Origin: an uncultured Gammaproteobacteria bacterium
Lineage (GTDB): Bacteria; Patescibacteriota; Microgenomatia; CAYQLK01
Direction: 5' to 3'
NCBI GenBank assembly: GCA_964404855.1
Contig: CAYOLO010000002.1
Coordinates: 3,494 to 67,493, forward strand
Length of the DNA stretch: 64,000 nucleotides
The notes under the pieces are model-generated. The model worked only from the letters and a program-made list of their open reading frames with translations. It was not told where the DNA came from and searched no databases. Shown piece by piece: positions 56,010-64,000 of the stretch; the first letter of the stretch is position 1; each line of letters starts with the position of its first letter. Position numbers and translations under genes: made by a program.

Positions 56010-57859
56010 TGAATATATGTAATTCTAAAGTTGTTTACGGTTGGCGTCACAATACCATCACCAGTGAGTAATATTTTTGCTCTAATATACTGTCCATCAG
56101 AACCAGTTAAGGGATAGGCACCATTTGATGTGTAGTAGGTCGTAGGAGTACCATCAGGTCCAAGAAATTCAAACCCATACCCCAAAGAATTTACTGCAAC
56201 CTGAAACTTGAGCTCTGTTCCATTAGGAACGTCTGCGTCCCAGTTAACAGATTGAACAGAGGTGAACCCATTATTTGTGTTAAAAGTTTGTGAATATAAT
56301 TCCCCATAAGTAACGTAGTTAGAACCACCGCCATTAACCACAATTAATTCTCTTGAATTTGACTGGGTTAAAGCATATGCATACGAACCAACTGTTAACA
56401 CCGCTTGAGAGTTGGCCCCGATTGAGTGTGTGCCAATAGGAGATGGCGTGGCAGGATCAGAAAGATCATAAATATACAGACCAAGACCAGAAATATTGTC
56501 AACAAAAAATCCTTTATTATCTGCAATATACATATCTCCTATGTTATTAATGCTAAACTGCGACAATTCACTGATTGAAGCTGGGGTTGCTGCAGAGAGA
56601 ATGAATATTTTGTTTTGTGCAGAAGACAGATAGATATTAGGATATTGGAAAAAAATTGAAGTTGCATTTTCACTGCCACTTATATCGTATGTGGCTGCAA
56701 TATTGTTGGTTGGATATTCAATTAATAAATCAACAACAACAACTTCTTGATTATCTATGTGAGTTGATAGGTATATATACCGCCCATCTAAATAAATATC
56801 ACTTATTGTATCGCTAAAATCTTGAGACGATATTAGGGTGGGGCTGGCTGGGTTCGCAATATTTACCGTATTAAATTCTTTTTCTGTACCATCTAAAGCT
56901 CTAATTACATAAAGCCTATTCCCAGAAACTGTTAGATTTGTAGCATCTACTGAGCCTGAAAGATTAATATTGCTCGTAGGCAATGGGGCAGTAGGATCGG
57001 TGATGTTATAAATTTTAACCTCCTGATTATCATCAGAAGTTGCAACGAATGCGTAACCGCCACTGACAAATATTTTCTTTCCATTTGAACCTAATTCTGT
57101 AGCAGAAATTAGTGATGGGCTGGCGGGGTTAGCAAGACTATAAATCAAAAACTCTTGCCCTCCTGGGTCATTATCTTTAACTATAAACAACCTACCATCA
57201 TCAACCGCAAAACTATTGACTGTCTGCGAATTAGTTATATTTATGTTCCCAACTCTTCCGGCAGCACCCCAACCTGGACCAGTGTTAGACTCTAAAACAA
57301 TTTCTCCATCATCTGATGTAGTTATAGAAGTATTATTTCTATCTCCACTATTAAAATCGGTACTAGTAGTTTGATTCCAAAATCCGTTTCCAGCATACCT
57401 TGTTATTAGTTGAGTGGTAGATAGAGATCCGCTTACTGGACTAGTCCAAGAAATATCAACTATTATTTGTTTTGAATCAGGATCAATGGTTCCATCTGGA
57501 CAATCAACAATAAGCAAATTTGAATCCCGACAAACATTATCTATTTGAACAGCTCTTGTAAATTGAGTGCCAGCGATTGCTTCGTCGCCAGACGCCAAGG
57601 TCCACTGATCGCCGGACATTACGGGATGGTACACACCTTCAAGAGACAAGGTGTCCCAACTTGATTCTTTAATTGAGCGAATAATATCAACCGAACTATC
57701 CAACAGATCTCTTGAGACATATTTAATATTAGAAGCTAAAAAAGAAGACCTAACCAACACCATTACTTGAATAGCTAAACCAATAATTACCGAAGATATG
57801 GCAATCGCAATTAGTAGCTCTATTAATGCAATACCTTTATTGGATTGTGATTGCTCCAT
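56006..57859 (-). CDS. Large minor pilin: prepilin N-terminus fused to an LVIVD-repeat beta-propeller domain
   Basis: Start taken at the internal MEQSQSNKG|IALIELLIAIAISSVIIGLAI (prepilin motif, Glu+5). The body contains about six repeats of the ...GYAFVA...EVKIYNITDPTAPLP / IYDLSDPATPSPI type, which is the LVIVD repeat (PF08309) pattern. Confidence 0.6.
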   Translation of the reverse strand: MEQSQSNKGIALIELLIAIAISSVIIGLAIQVMVLVRSSFLASNIKYVSRDLLDSSVDIIRSIKESSWDTLSLEGVYHPVMSGDQWTLASGDEAIAGTQFTRAVQIDNVCRDSNLLIVDCPDGTIDPDSKQIIVDISWTSPVSGSLSTTQLITRYAGNGFWNQTTSTDFNSGDRNNTSITTSDDGEIVLESNTGPGWGAAGRVGNINITNSQTVNSFAVDDGRLFIVKDNDPGGQEFLIYSLANPASPSLISATELGSNGKKIFVSGGYAFVATSDDNQEVKIYNITDPTAPLPTSNINLSGSVDATNLTVSGNRLYVIRALDGTEKEFNTVNIANPASPTLISSQDFSDTISDIYLDGRYIYLSTHIDNQEVVVVDLLIEYPTNNIAATYDISGSENATSIFFQYPNIYLSSAQNKIFILSAATPASISELSQFSINNIGDMYIADNKGFFVDNISGLGLYIYDLSDPATPSPIGTHSIGANSQAVLTVGSYAYALTQSNSRELIVVNGGGSNYVTYGELYSQTFNTNNGFTSVQSVNWDADVPNGTELKFQVAVNSLGYGFEFLGPDGTPTTYYTSNGAYPLTGSDGQYIRAKILLTGDGIVTPTVNNFRITYIQ

Positions 57860-58310
57860 ATGGATTAATTGTGACTGTTTTAGTGACATTGTCGAATGAG
57901 GAAAAAACCAAAGTGTTTTGTACATCTGAATATGCAGTCAGTTTGCCTGTGAGGCGGTCAAAAATTAATTGAGAATTAGGAAGATTAATCTGAGATAAGG
58001 TAATACCAGATGAAAAGTTCACCACAAAGTTTGTGGAATTATTTGAAGAATAATTATTACCTTTAAAAACAGTATATGAAGTTGAGGTAAAGTAAACTCC
58101 GTAGTTGTCGTCCCCAGATGCATCTTGGGATTGTGAAACTGATTTGTTTTGTGATTCTCTAATTGCGGAATTAACTTCGAGAATTGTGCTTTCTAGGCTT
58201 GTTTGATTTTGTTGATTCGTAAAAACAACCGAACTAAAAACAACTACCAATCCCAAAATTGTAACAACTAATATTAACTCAACTAAAGTAAATCCTTTTT
58301 TTATAAACAT
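57837..58310 (-). CDS. Type IV pilin-like protein (minor pilin)
   Basis: MFIKKG|FTLVELILVVTILGLVVVF is a canonical prepilin leader and N-terminal helix. 157 aa. Confidence 0.8.
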   Translation of the reverse strand: MFIKKGFTLVELILVVTILGLVVVFSSVVFTNQQNQTSLESTILEVNSAIRESQNKSVSQSQDASGDDNYGVYFTSTSYTVFKGNNYSSNNSTNFVVNFSSGITLSQINLPNSQLIFDRLTGKLTAYSDVQNTLVFSSFDNVTKTVTINPYGAITIQ

Positions 58311-58317
58311 ATAAATA

Positions 58318-59397
58318 TTAAACCGCCTTATTCAAAGATCCAATTAGTTCATAAACTGGACCAATAAATGAAATAATTAATCCTCCAACTCCCAATGCGA
58401 TAATTACCAAAATGACTGGTTCAATAATTACTGAAATATTTTTTAACTTATCGGAAACTGAAGTGGAATAATATTCAAAAACTTGAGCCATTGAAGATTC
58501 CAGAGTTCCAGATTTTTCTCCTGTAGCTAATATTCTTCGAAAAGTAGATGGGTAGATTCTTCGGTGCTTTTCAAAAGCTGCTTCTAGGGTGGAACCTGCA
58601 GCAAGGTCTCTGGAAATCTGTATCATAGTTTTTTTAACATCAGGAAGAATTAAAGTGTCTTTCGTTAAATCAAGCACTTCGAGTATCGGAATTCCCGAGG
58701 TAAGAAGTGAGGAAAAAATTGTAGACACCCTAGCCAAGTCAATTTCTAACATGATTTTTCTGGTGACAGGGATATGCGACAAAATAAAAATGAAAGTTTT
58801 TTTACCAATACTACTGCGGATAAAAAGGATGATTAATATCGCGATTAAAATTATTCCAATTATCGATAAAGCCTGATTCTTTTGTAAGAAAAGTGACAAC
58901 TCGATTAATATGCGTGTCGGCAATGGAATTTTTACATTTAATCTTAAAAATGTTTCTCCAAGTCTTGGAATCACAAAAAGGATTAGAACCGTTGACACAA
59001 CAGCCATAACCCCCATTACCATCCCAGGATAAGTCATTGCAGATTTAATAGATTTTTTAATAAATTCCTGTTCTTTTAGTGTCCTCACTAGAATCTTTAA
59101 GGATTCTGTTAATGTGCCTCCAACTTCGCCTGCTTTTACAACAGAAATTTCTGAACGAGAAAAAAATAAAGGAAAGGTTGCCATGCCTTCATTTAATGAT
59201 TTACCTGATTCAAGTGTTTTTACTAGTGAATTAAATATATTATTTTTTGACGACTTATCAGAATCTTCAACGATTGACGCGATTGCCTGATCAATCGGAA
59301 TACCTGCGTCTATCATTGTGGCAAGGTTTTGAAAAAACTCAATCTTGGTTTTGGTTGGAATTGGATTTGGATTAAATATGGGCAGAGTTATGTTCAT
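58318..59397 (-). CDS. pilC: Type IV pilus platform protein PilC (GspF family)
   Basis: Two T2SSF repeats with 3 TM helices: LLTSGIPILEVL.../...EPVILVIIALGVGGLIISFIGPVYELIGSL. 359 aa. Confidence 0.8.
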   Translation of the reverse strand: MNITLPIFNPNPIPTKTKIEFFQNLATMIDAGIPIDQAIASIVEDSDKSSKNNIFNSLVKTLESGKSLNEGMATFPLFFSRSEISVVKAGEVGGTLTESLKILVRTLKEQEFIKKSIKSAMTYPGMVMGVMAVVSTVLILFVIPRLGETFLRLNVKIPLPTRILIELSLFLQKNQALSIIGIILIAILIILFIRSSIGKKTFIFILSHIPVTRKIMLEIDLARVSTIFSSLLTSGIPILEVLDLTKDTLILPDVKKTMIQISRDLAAGSTLEAAFEKHRRIYPSTFRRILATGEKSGTLESSMAQVFEYYSTSVSDKLKNISVIIEPVILVIIALGVGGLIISFIGPVYELIGSLNKAV

Positions 59398-61118
59398 TTT
59401 GTTGGCTGAGTTTTTACTGAATCTTCATAATCAACACTTTCTGATACCGCATCTAAGACCTCTTCAAGTGTTGTCAGCCCAGCGGCTGCTTTATCGATAC
59501 CATCTTCAAGCATTGTTGTAAAACCTTCAAGTCTTGCTTGCGAAGTAAGCTGCTCAAGTGAGGCTTTGTTTTGAATCAATTCGCGGATTTTTGGGGTGAT
59601 TTTTAAGATTTCAAAAACAGCAATCCTTCCTATAAATACCTCATCGGGGTCCAAATCTTGTTTTGGTCTATAAAAACTAGTTTTTGTTAATAATCCAGTT
59701 GCCGTTTCTTTACCTAGATATTGTGAAAATCTTTCTATAATTGCTTCAGGGACTTGGTAATTTTCTATTTTATTCGGATCGAGTCGTCTAACTAGTCTTT
59801 GCGCCATAACCACAGATAGAGTGGATGCTAAGAGAAAAGGTTCAACACCTAAATCCTCGAATCTTGGAATGGCCGTAGGGGCATCATTGGTGTGTAGTGT
59901 TGATAAAACTAGATGGCCAGTTAAGGCTGAGTGAATTGCGATATCAGCTGTTTCTGAGTCTCGAATTTCTCCAACCAAGATTATATCTGGATCATGCCTA
60001 AGAATTGACCTTAGTCCAGAAGCAAAAGTAAGACCAGTTACTGTATTTACTTGAATCTGATTAACGCGATCGATAGTGTACTCGACTGGGTCCTCGATAG
60101 TAATAATATTAACGTCTTCTTTGTTGAGGATTTTTAGTAAATTATAAAGAGTTGTGGTCTTTCCCGAACCTGTTGGTCCGGTTGAAAGTATCATTCCTTG
60201 AGGCTTATCAAGTTCAAGTCGCATTAATTCAAGATTTTTCCCTCGTAGTCCAATTTCTTCCAAACTTTTGGGTGCTGACGAATCAGATAGCAATCTTAAT
60301 ACTGCGTCTTCACCAGTAGATAAAGGTAAAATTGATACACGTACAGAATATTGTTCGGTCAGATAATCGAATCTAAAACGCCCGTCTTGTGGAACCCTAT
60401 GTTCGTCAATTTTTAGTGACGATAAAATTTTAATTCTAGCTATTAGTCCAGATTGAATATTTTTTGGTAACTCAAGGATATCCCTAAGCCTCCCATTAAT
60501 TCTAAACCTTATAATTACTCTAGTCTGATAACCGACAATATGGATATCTGACGCGTTTTTGGCTGCAGCAAACTGAAGAATTTTGTCAAAAGTTTTAACA
60601 ACGTTAATATTTTCACCAACATTGATTCCTTTTGCACCAGCAGCAAGTGAGGCAGTTTTGGTAATTTCTGATTTAAACCCTTCAACTACATCTTGTCTGT
60701 ACTGACCCATAGCCTTATTTAGTATTGAAGGTAGCGTAAAGTATAGTTTGACTGCCTTGTGTGTTTTTTGGCTAATTTGATTAAACGCTGTCTGATTATT
60801 TGGGTCTGATGTAGCGACCGAAACCTCGTTTGCGTTAGCTTCAAAAATTAGACATCTATTTTTGTTGGCGAACCCTGGTGGAATCAAATTAAGGATTTTT
60901 GAATCAATTTTTGATCTTAAAGCAGTAAAGGGAAATCCTGAAGTTTTTGACAAGATCTCACCTAATGTTTCTTCCTGTATTAAACCTCTAGAAAGAATTA
61001 CTTCTATGATTGGCTGCTTAAACATTCTTGAGGCGTTTAAAGCGTCCTCATATTGTGCCTCATCTACATAGCCTGATTCTAGTAATGATTTTTTTAGATC
61101 TTCGTTGGGCAGAAGCAT
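59394..61118 (-). CDS. pilB: Type IV pilus assembly ATPase PilB (GspE family) with N-terminal T2SSE_N domain
   Basis: N1 domain (ETLGEILSKTSGFPFTAL). Walker A GPTGSGKTTTLY. Asp box, Walker B IILVGEIRD and His box TGHLVLSTLHTNDA. Confidence 0.85.
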   Translation of the reverse strand: MLLPNEDLKKSLLESGYVDEAQYEDALNASRMFKQPIIEVILSRGLIQEETLGEILSKTSGFPFTALRSKIDSKILNLIPPGFANKNRCLIFEANANEVSVATSDPNNQTAFNQISQKTHKAVKLYFTLPSILNKAMGQYRQDVVEGFKSEITKTASLAAGAKGINVGENINVVKTFDKILQFAAAKNASDIHIVGYQTRVIIRFRINGRLRDILELPKNIQSGLIARIKILSSLKIDEHRVPQDGRFRFDYLTEQYSVRVSILPLSTGEDAVLRLLSDSSAPKSLEEIGLRGKNLELMRLELDKPQGMILSTGPTGSGKTTTLYNLLKILNKEDVNIITIEDPVEYTIDRVNQIQVNTVTGLTFASGLRSILRHDPDIILVGEIRDSETADIAIHSALTGHLVLSTLHTNDAPTAIPRFEDLGVEPFLLASTLSVVMAQRLVRRLDPNKIENYQVPEAIIERFSQYLGKETATGLLTKTSFYRPKQDLDPDEVFIGRIAVFEILKITPKIRELIQNKASLEQLTSQARLEGFTTMLEDGIDKAAAGLTTLEEVLDAVSESVDYEDSVKTQPTK

Positions 61119-61123
61119 TTTTG

Positions 61124-61642
61124 TCAGAGATGTTTTTGGATCGCGCTAACCACGTCCTGTGGTGTAATATCCGCTTTAATTAAAAAATCGACTGCGCCCA
61201 ATGATTTGGCTCGAGTCTTGTCTGTTTCTTGGCTTAAATTGGTCAAAATAAGAACTGGTGTGTTACCAATAATTGATTTTGCTTGTTCTAAAAACCCAAA
61301 ACCGTCCAGTTTAGGCAACATCAAATCTAGCAGGATTATGTCTGGATGAAAAGTTTTTAGTGCCACGAGTGCCTCTTCACCATTTAATGCCTCTTTAACC
61401 ATATAGCCAGAGTTATTCAGTTTGGTGCTGTACATACGAAGAATGACAGGGTCGTCCTCAATCAAAAGTATATTTTTAGAGTTTGTGTTAGTTGTTGGTT
61501 GTGGCGAAACAGGGACACTTTCAATAGGCACAGAAGTTGAATTAGTTTGAATATTTTGCGGCATTTCTGGAGAGGATTCAGTCGCGACGTCTGGCTGATT
61601 TGGCAGTGGTTTAGGTTGGGTTTGGTTTAATACATCATCCAT
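61124..61642 (-). CDS. Single-domain response regulator (CheY-like receiver) with ~55-aa Pro/Gln/Thr-rich N-terminal extension
   Basis: Receiver motifs ILLIEDDPVI...ILLDLMLPKLDG...VLILTNL...K and no output domain. The N-terminus PKPLPNQPDVATESSPEMPQNIQTNSTSVPIESVPVSPQPTTN is low complexity. Confidence 0.8.
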   Translation of the reverse strand: MDDVLNQTQPKPLPNQPDVATESSPEMPQNIQTNSTSVPIESVPVSPQPTTNTNSKNILLIEDDPVILRMYSTKLNNSGYMVKEALNGEEALVALKTFHPDIILLDLMLPKLDGFGFLEQAKSIIGNTPVLILTNLSQETDKTRAKSLGAVDFLIKADITPQDVVSAIQKHL

Positions 61643-61689
61643 AGATATAATTATACTGAAATTTCCACAAACATTTAGCTACTAACAAC

Positions 61690-63762
61690 TTAAGAAAACT
61701 GGGTATCCCTATGTAAAGGAGTTTTGTTCTCTTTATTTATAGGTATAGAGAAAGAGAATGTAGAACCTTTTCCAACTTCTGAATGTACGAAAACTTTCCC
61801 GTGCATTTTTTCAATTAGATCCTTGGCAATATATAAACCTAGACCACTGCCCTCTTGGCTCCTTGAGCGTGAATTGTCGATTCGATAAAATCTTTGGAAA
61901 ATTTTAGGAATTTCTGTACTTTCAATTCCGACACCAGTATCTTGAATCGATACATAAACAAAGTTTTCATCGTTTTTCAAAAACAATGAAACTGTACCCT
62001 TTTCAGTATATTTGAAAGCGTTGGAAATAAAATTATTTAATACTTCAATTACCTTATCTGAATCGACTAACACCCTGGGGATCTCTACAGCAGAAGGGTG
62101 AAATATTAAATCAATTGGCTTATCGCCCGATAATACTTTCCAAGAAGGCAAATTGTCGGATATTAGTTTGGTTATATCAACAGGTTGTAAATTAAACTGT
62201 AATGCTCGGTTTTGCAGTTTGGAGACAGTCAAAATATTGTTAACTAGAGAAGTTAGTCTGTTCACACTCTTGTAGACTTCTGTAAGGTATTGTTTAATTT
62301 CTGAATTTATTTCACCTGCGTCTCCATTTAAGATCATATCTACATATCCTTTAATCGTGGTCATTGGAGTTCTAAGTTCGTGCGAAGTAACAGACAAAAA
62401 CTCGTCTTTTTGTTTGTCCATATTCATAAGTTCTAAGTTAACTCTTTTGAGATTATCTGCTAATTTCGCTTCTTCAGTTAAATCAGTTAATACAACAAGT
62501 ATTTCATCCTGACCGTCTTCATGCCTAATCGGTATTGACACCATTTTTATCTGTTTTTTGATATTAGAAACCTCAATTGTTAATTCTTCGGAGGTTTCAG
62601 TTTTATGTGAAATTAGTGTCTGATTGTATGGCATTAATCTGAGATCAAAATTTACCCCATCTTTTGTTTGAGGTTTAACACCACTAATTATTTCGTTGAT
62701 TGTTGAAACAGAATCAAGGTCTGATCCTAAAAATTCTGTGATTTTTTGGTTGTAAAAAATTAATTTCTGATCAGAAATTCTAATCGCCATGATACCGACA
62801 GGGGTATTATTGATAATCTTTTTGATTTTTTCTTCTTCGACTGTAATGAGTTTGTTTTTTTCTGAAATTTCAGCTGTCCTTTCTGATACTTTCTTTTCCA
62901 ACTCGTGAGTTTGAGACATGAATATCATTAAAATTGCCACTGCCAGAGTTTGTATGGCAATTATTGAAGCATAGACAATCTGTATCGCAATTTGACCTGA
63001 CTCGGTTATAAAGTTTTTCGGGAAAAACTGTAGATTAAAAATAACTTTTCCAAATTCTGAAACAATGCCTACTTGATGAATTTTTTGTGTTTCTGCGGCC
63101 TCATATGGAATTAAATTCTTACTATTGACGTCAACAGAAATATTGAATTTTTCTGCGTTACTAGATGAAAATACGTTTCTAGATAATCTATTAATATCTA
63201 CAACGCCAAATGCTAGGATAGTTGGTCCATTTACTACCTCTATGGGTTTAAAAATTACAAATAATGTTCGTTTGCTAGGAAGAGTTATTGGTCCTCCAAC
63301 AAATTCTTCCTTATATATAATATTGGATTTAATTGATTCTTCTATTTCAGGGATAACAATAAAATCGTTAATAAAGTCTTTGTTTGGGATAGAACTGTCG
63401 GAAGAAACAATTGAATAAAGATTTGCATCAACAAGTCCAATTTGGTTAAAAATGCTTTTAGATGTAATCAAACTCTGGGCGTAATTTTTTAAATTATCGT
63501 TCTCGACTGTTGCATTACTTGAGTAATAATTTCCAAGACTTGATAAATCGGAATAATGTCTGTCTATTTCCGAATTAAATTTTGAGAGGACAACCTCAGC
63601 TTGAGACCTATTTGATTTGTCTAGTTCTCTATCTAGACTTGAAACAAGTGCGCTTTTAATAAAAAGATGAGCAGATATATTAGCAACTGTAAAAAGCACT
63701 AAAGCCAACAATAGAATTATCGTGCGAAGATTTGCAGAGAATATTTTTGGGGCAGGAGTCAT
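61690..63762 (-). CDS. Sensor histidine kinase: two TM helices flanking a ~250-aa extracytoplasmic sensor domain, then PAS, HisKA and HATPase_c
   Basis: H-box SVTSHELRTPMTTIKGY, N-box NNFISNAFKYTE, G-boxes IQDTGVGI and GSGLGLYIAKDL. PAS-like region between TM2 and HisKA. Confidence 0.85.
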   Translation of the reverse strand: MTPAPKIFSANLRTIILLLALVLFTVANISAHLFIKSALVSSLDRELDKSNRSQAEVVLSKFNSEIDRHYSDLSSLGNYYSSNATVENDNLKNYAQSLITSKSIFNQIGLVDANLYSIVSSDSSIPNKDFINDFIVIPEIEESIKSNIIYKEEFVGGPITLPSKRTLFVIFKPIEVVNGPTILAFGVVDINRLSRNVFSSSNAEKFNISVDVNSKNLIPYEAAETQKIHQVGIVSEFGKVIFNLQFFPKNFITESGQIAIQIVYASIIAIQTLAVAILMIFMSQTHELEKKVSERTAEISEKNKLITVEEEKIKKIINNTPVGIMAIRISDQKLIFYNQKITEFLGSDLDSVSTINEIISGVKPQTKDGVNFDLRLMPYNQTLISHKTETSEELTIEVSNIKKQIKMVSIPIRHEDGQDEILVVLTDLTEEAKLADNLKRVNLELMNMDKQKDEFLSVTSHELRTPMTTIKGYVDMILNGDAGEINSEIKQYLTEVYKSVNRLTSLVNNILTVSKLQNRALQFNLQPVDITKLISDNLPSWKVLSGDKPIDLIFHPSAVEIPRVLVDSDKVIEVLNNFISNAFKYTEKGTVSLFLKNDENFVYVSIQDTGVGIESTEIPKIFQRFYRIDNSRSRSQEGSGLGLYIAKDLIEKMHGKVFVHSEVGKGSTFSFSIPINKENKTPLHRDTQFS

Positions 63763-63835
63763 TAGTGATATTTTTATTATTGTAACCTACCTGAGTAGTG
63801 GTTATTCATTTCTTAATAATTTAATAAGCCTAAGC

Positions 63836-64000
63836 TTATTTTCCATGGCATTTTTTGAATTTTTTCCCAGAGCCGCAAGGGCAGGGGTCGTTTCTACCTA
63901 CTTTAGGGTTATCATTTTTAGAAATCTTATTGGTAATAGGTTGATCCGTAGAGTCGGGAGCTCCAATGGCTTCTGCGGTTAGAGGGTCAATCTCTGGTAG
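63836..64000 (-). CDS. secA: 3' end of secA (C-terminal zinc-binding tail); the rest of the gene lies beyond the window end
   Basis: Minus-strand translation from the window edge: ...[24 protein letters not shown] is the SecA C-terminal SEC-C zinc-finger ([21 protein letters not shown] in E. coli). Only ~54 codons are in the window. Confidence 0.7.
   Translation of the reverse strand, partial: LPEIDPLTAEAIGAPDSTDQPITNKISKNDNPKVGRNDPCPCGSGKKFKKCHGK

Noticed and set aside
63763-63835. Possible rho-independent terminator or promoter between the secA stop and the histidine kinase start
   Set aside because: Only a direct repeat (taagc x2) and an AT-rich tract are visible. I could not identify a convincing GC-rich hairpin followed by a T-run. 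Not reported as a feature.

Overview
This is a low-GC (~one third G+C, estimated by eye), very compact 64-kb window. All ~62 genes I can support lie on the minus strand, many with 4-bp ATGA-type or larger overlaps. I found no rRNA, tRNA, CRISPR array or obvious mobile element. There are three blocks. (1) From ~1.5 to 41.4 kb is a ~40-kb glycan-assembly island. It holds an initiating polyprenyl-phosphate sugar-1-P transferase, ManC, about 8 GT4 and 7 GT2 cytoplasmic glycosyltransferases, a hexapeptide acetyltransferase, a Wzx flippase, a Wzy_C-family ligase/polymerase, two Dpm1-like polyprenol-phosphate-sugar synthases (one fused to a GtrA domain), Gmd, an RmlD-family reductase and RmlA. Most strikingly, it has about 11 polytopic GT-C-fold membrane glycosyltransferases: six ArnT/PMT-like with DE motifs, three YfhO-like, and two GT87/PIG-M/PIG-V-like. 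The 5' edge is a truncated DUF4012 gene. (2) From 41.4 to 51.9 kb are envelope and housekeeping genes. These are small membrane proteins, a CAP-domain protein, tsaE-tsaC and a half-length tsaB, VanZ, a tandem lamin-tail-domain surface protein, ftsE-ftsX followed by a coiled-coil M23 peptidase whose catalytic motifs appear circularly permuted, prfB (no frameshift), uppP and an adjacent DedA. (3) From 51.9 to 63.8 kb is a minimal type IV pilus cluster. It has a major pilin, four minor pilin-like genes including a prepilin fused to an LVIVD-repeat beta-propeller, PilC, PilB, two paralogous PilM-like membrane-anchored proteins (one carrying an extracellular LytR_C domain), then a single-domain response regulator and a PAS sensor histidine kinase. 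The window ends in the 3' end of secA. The standard genetic code appears to be used (TGA stops). The overall style resembles a Patescibacteria/CPR-like or other small low-GC genome, but that is inference only. The most interesting system is the extracytoplasmic glycosylation machinery in block 1: many GT-C enzymes fed by polyprenol-P-sugar synthases.
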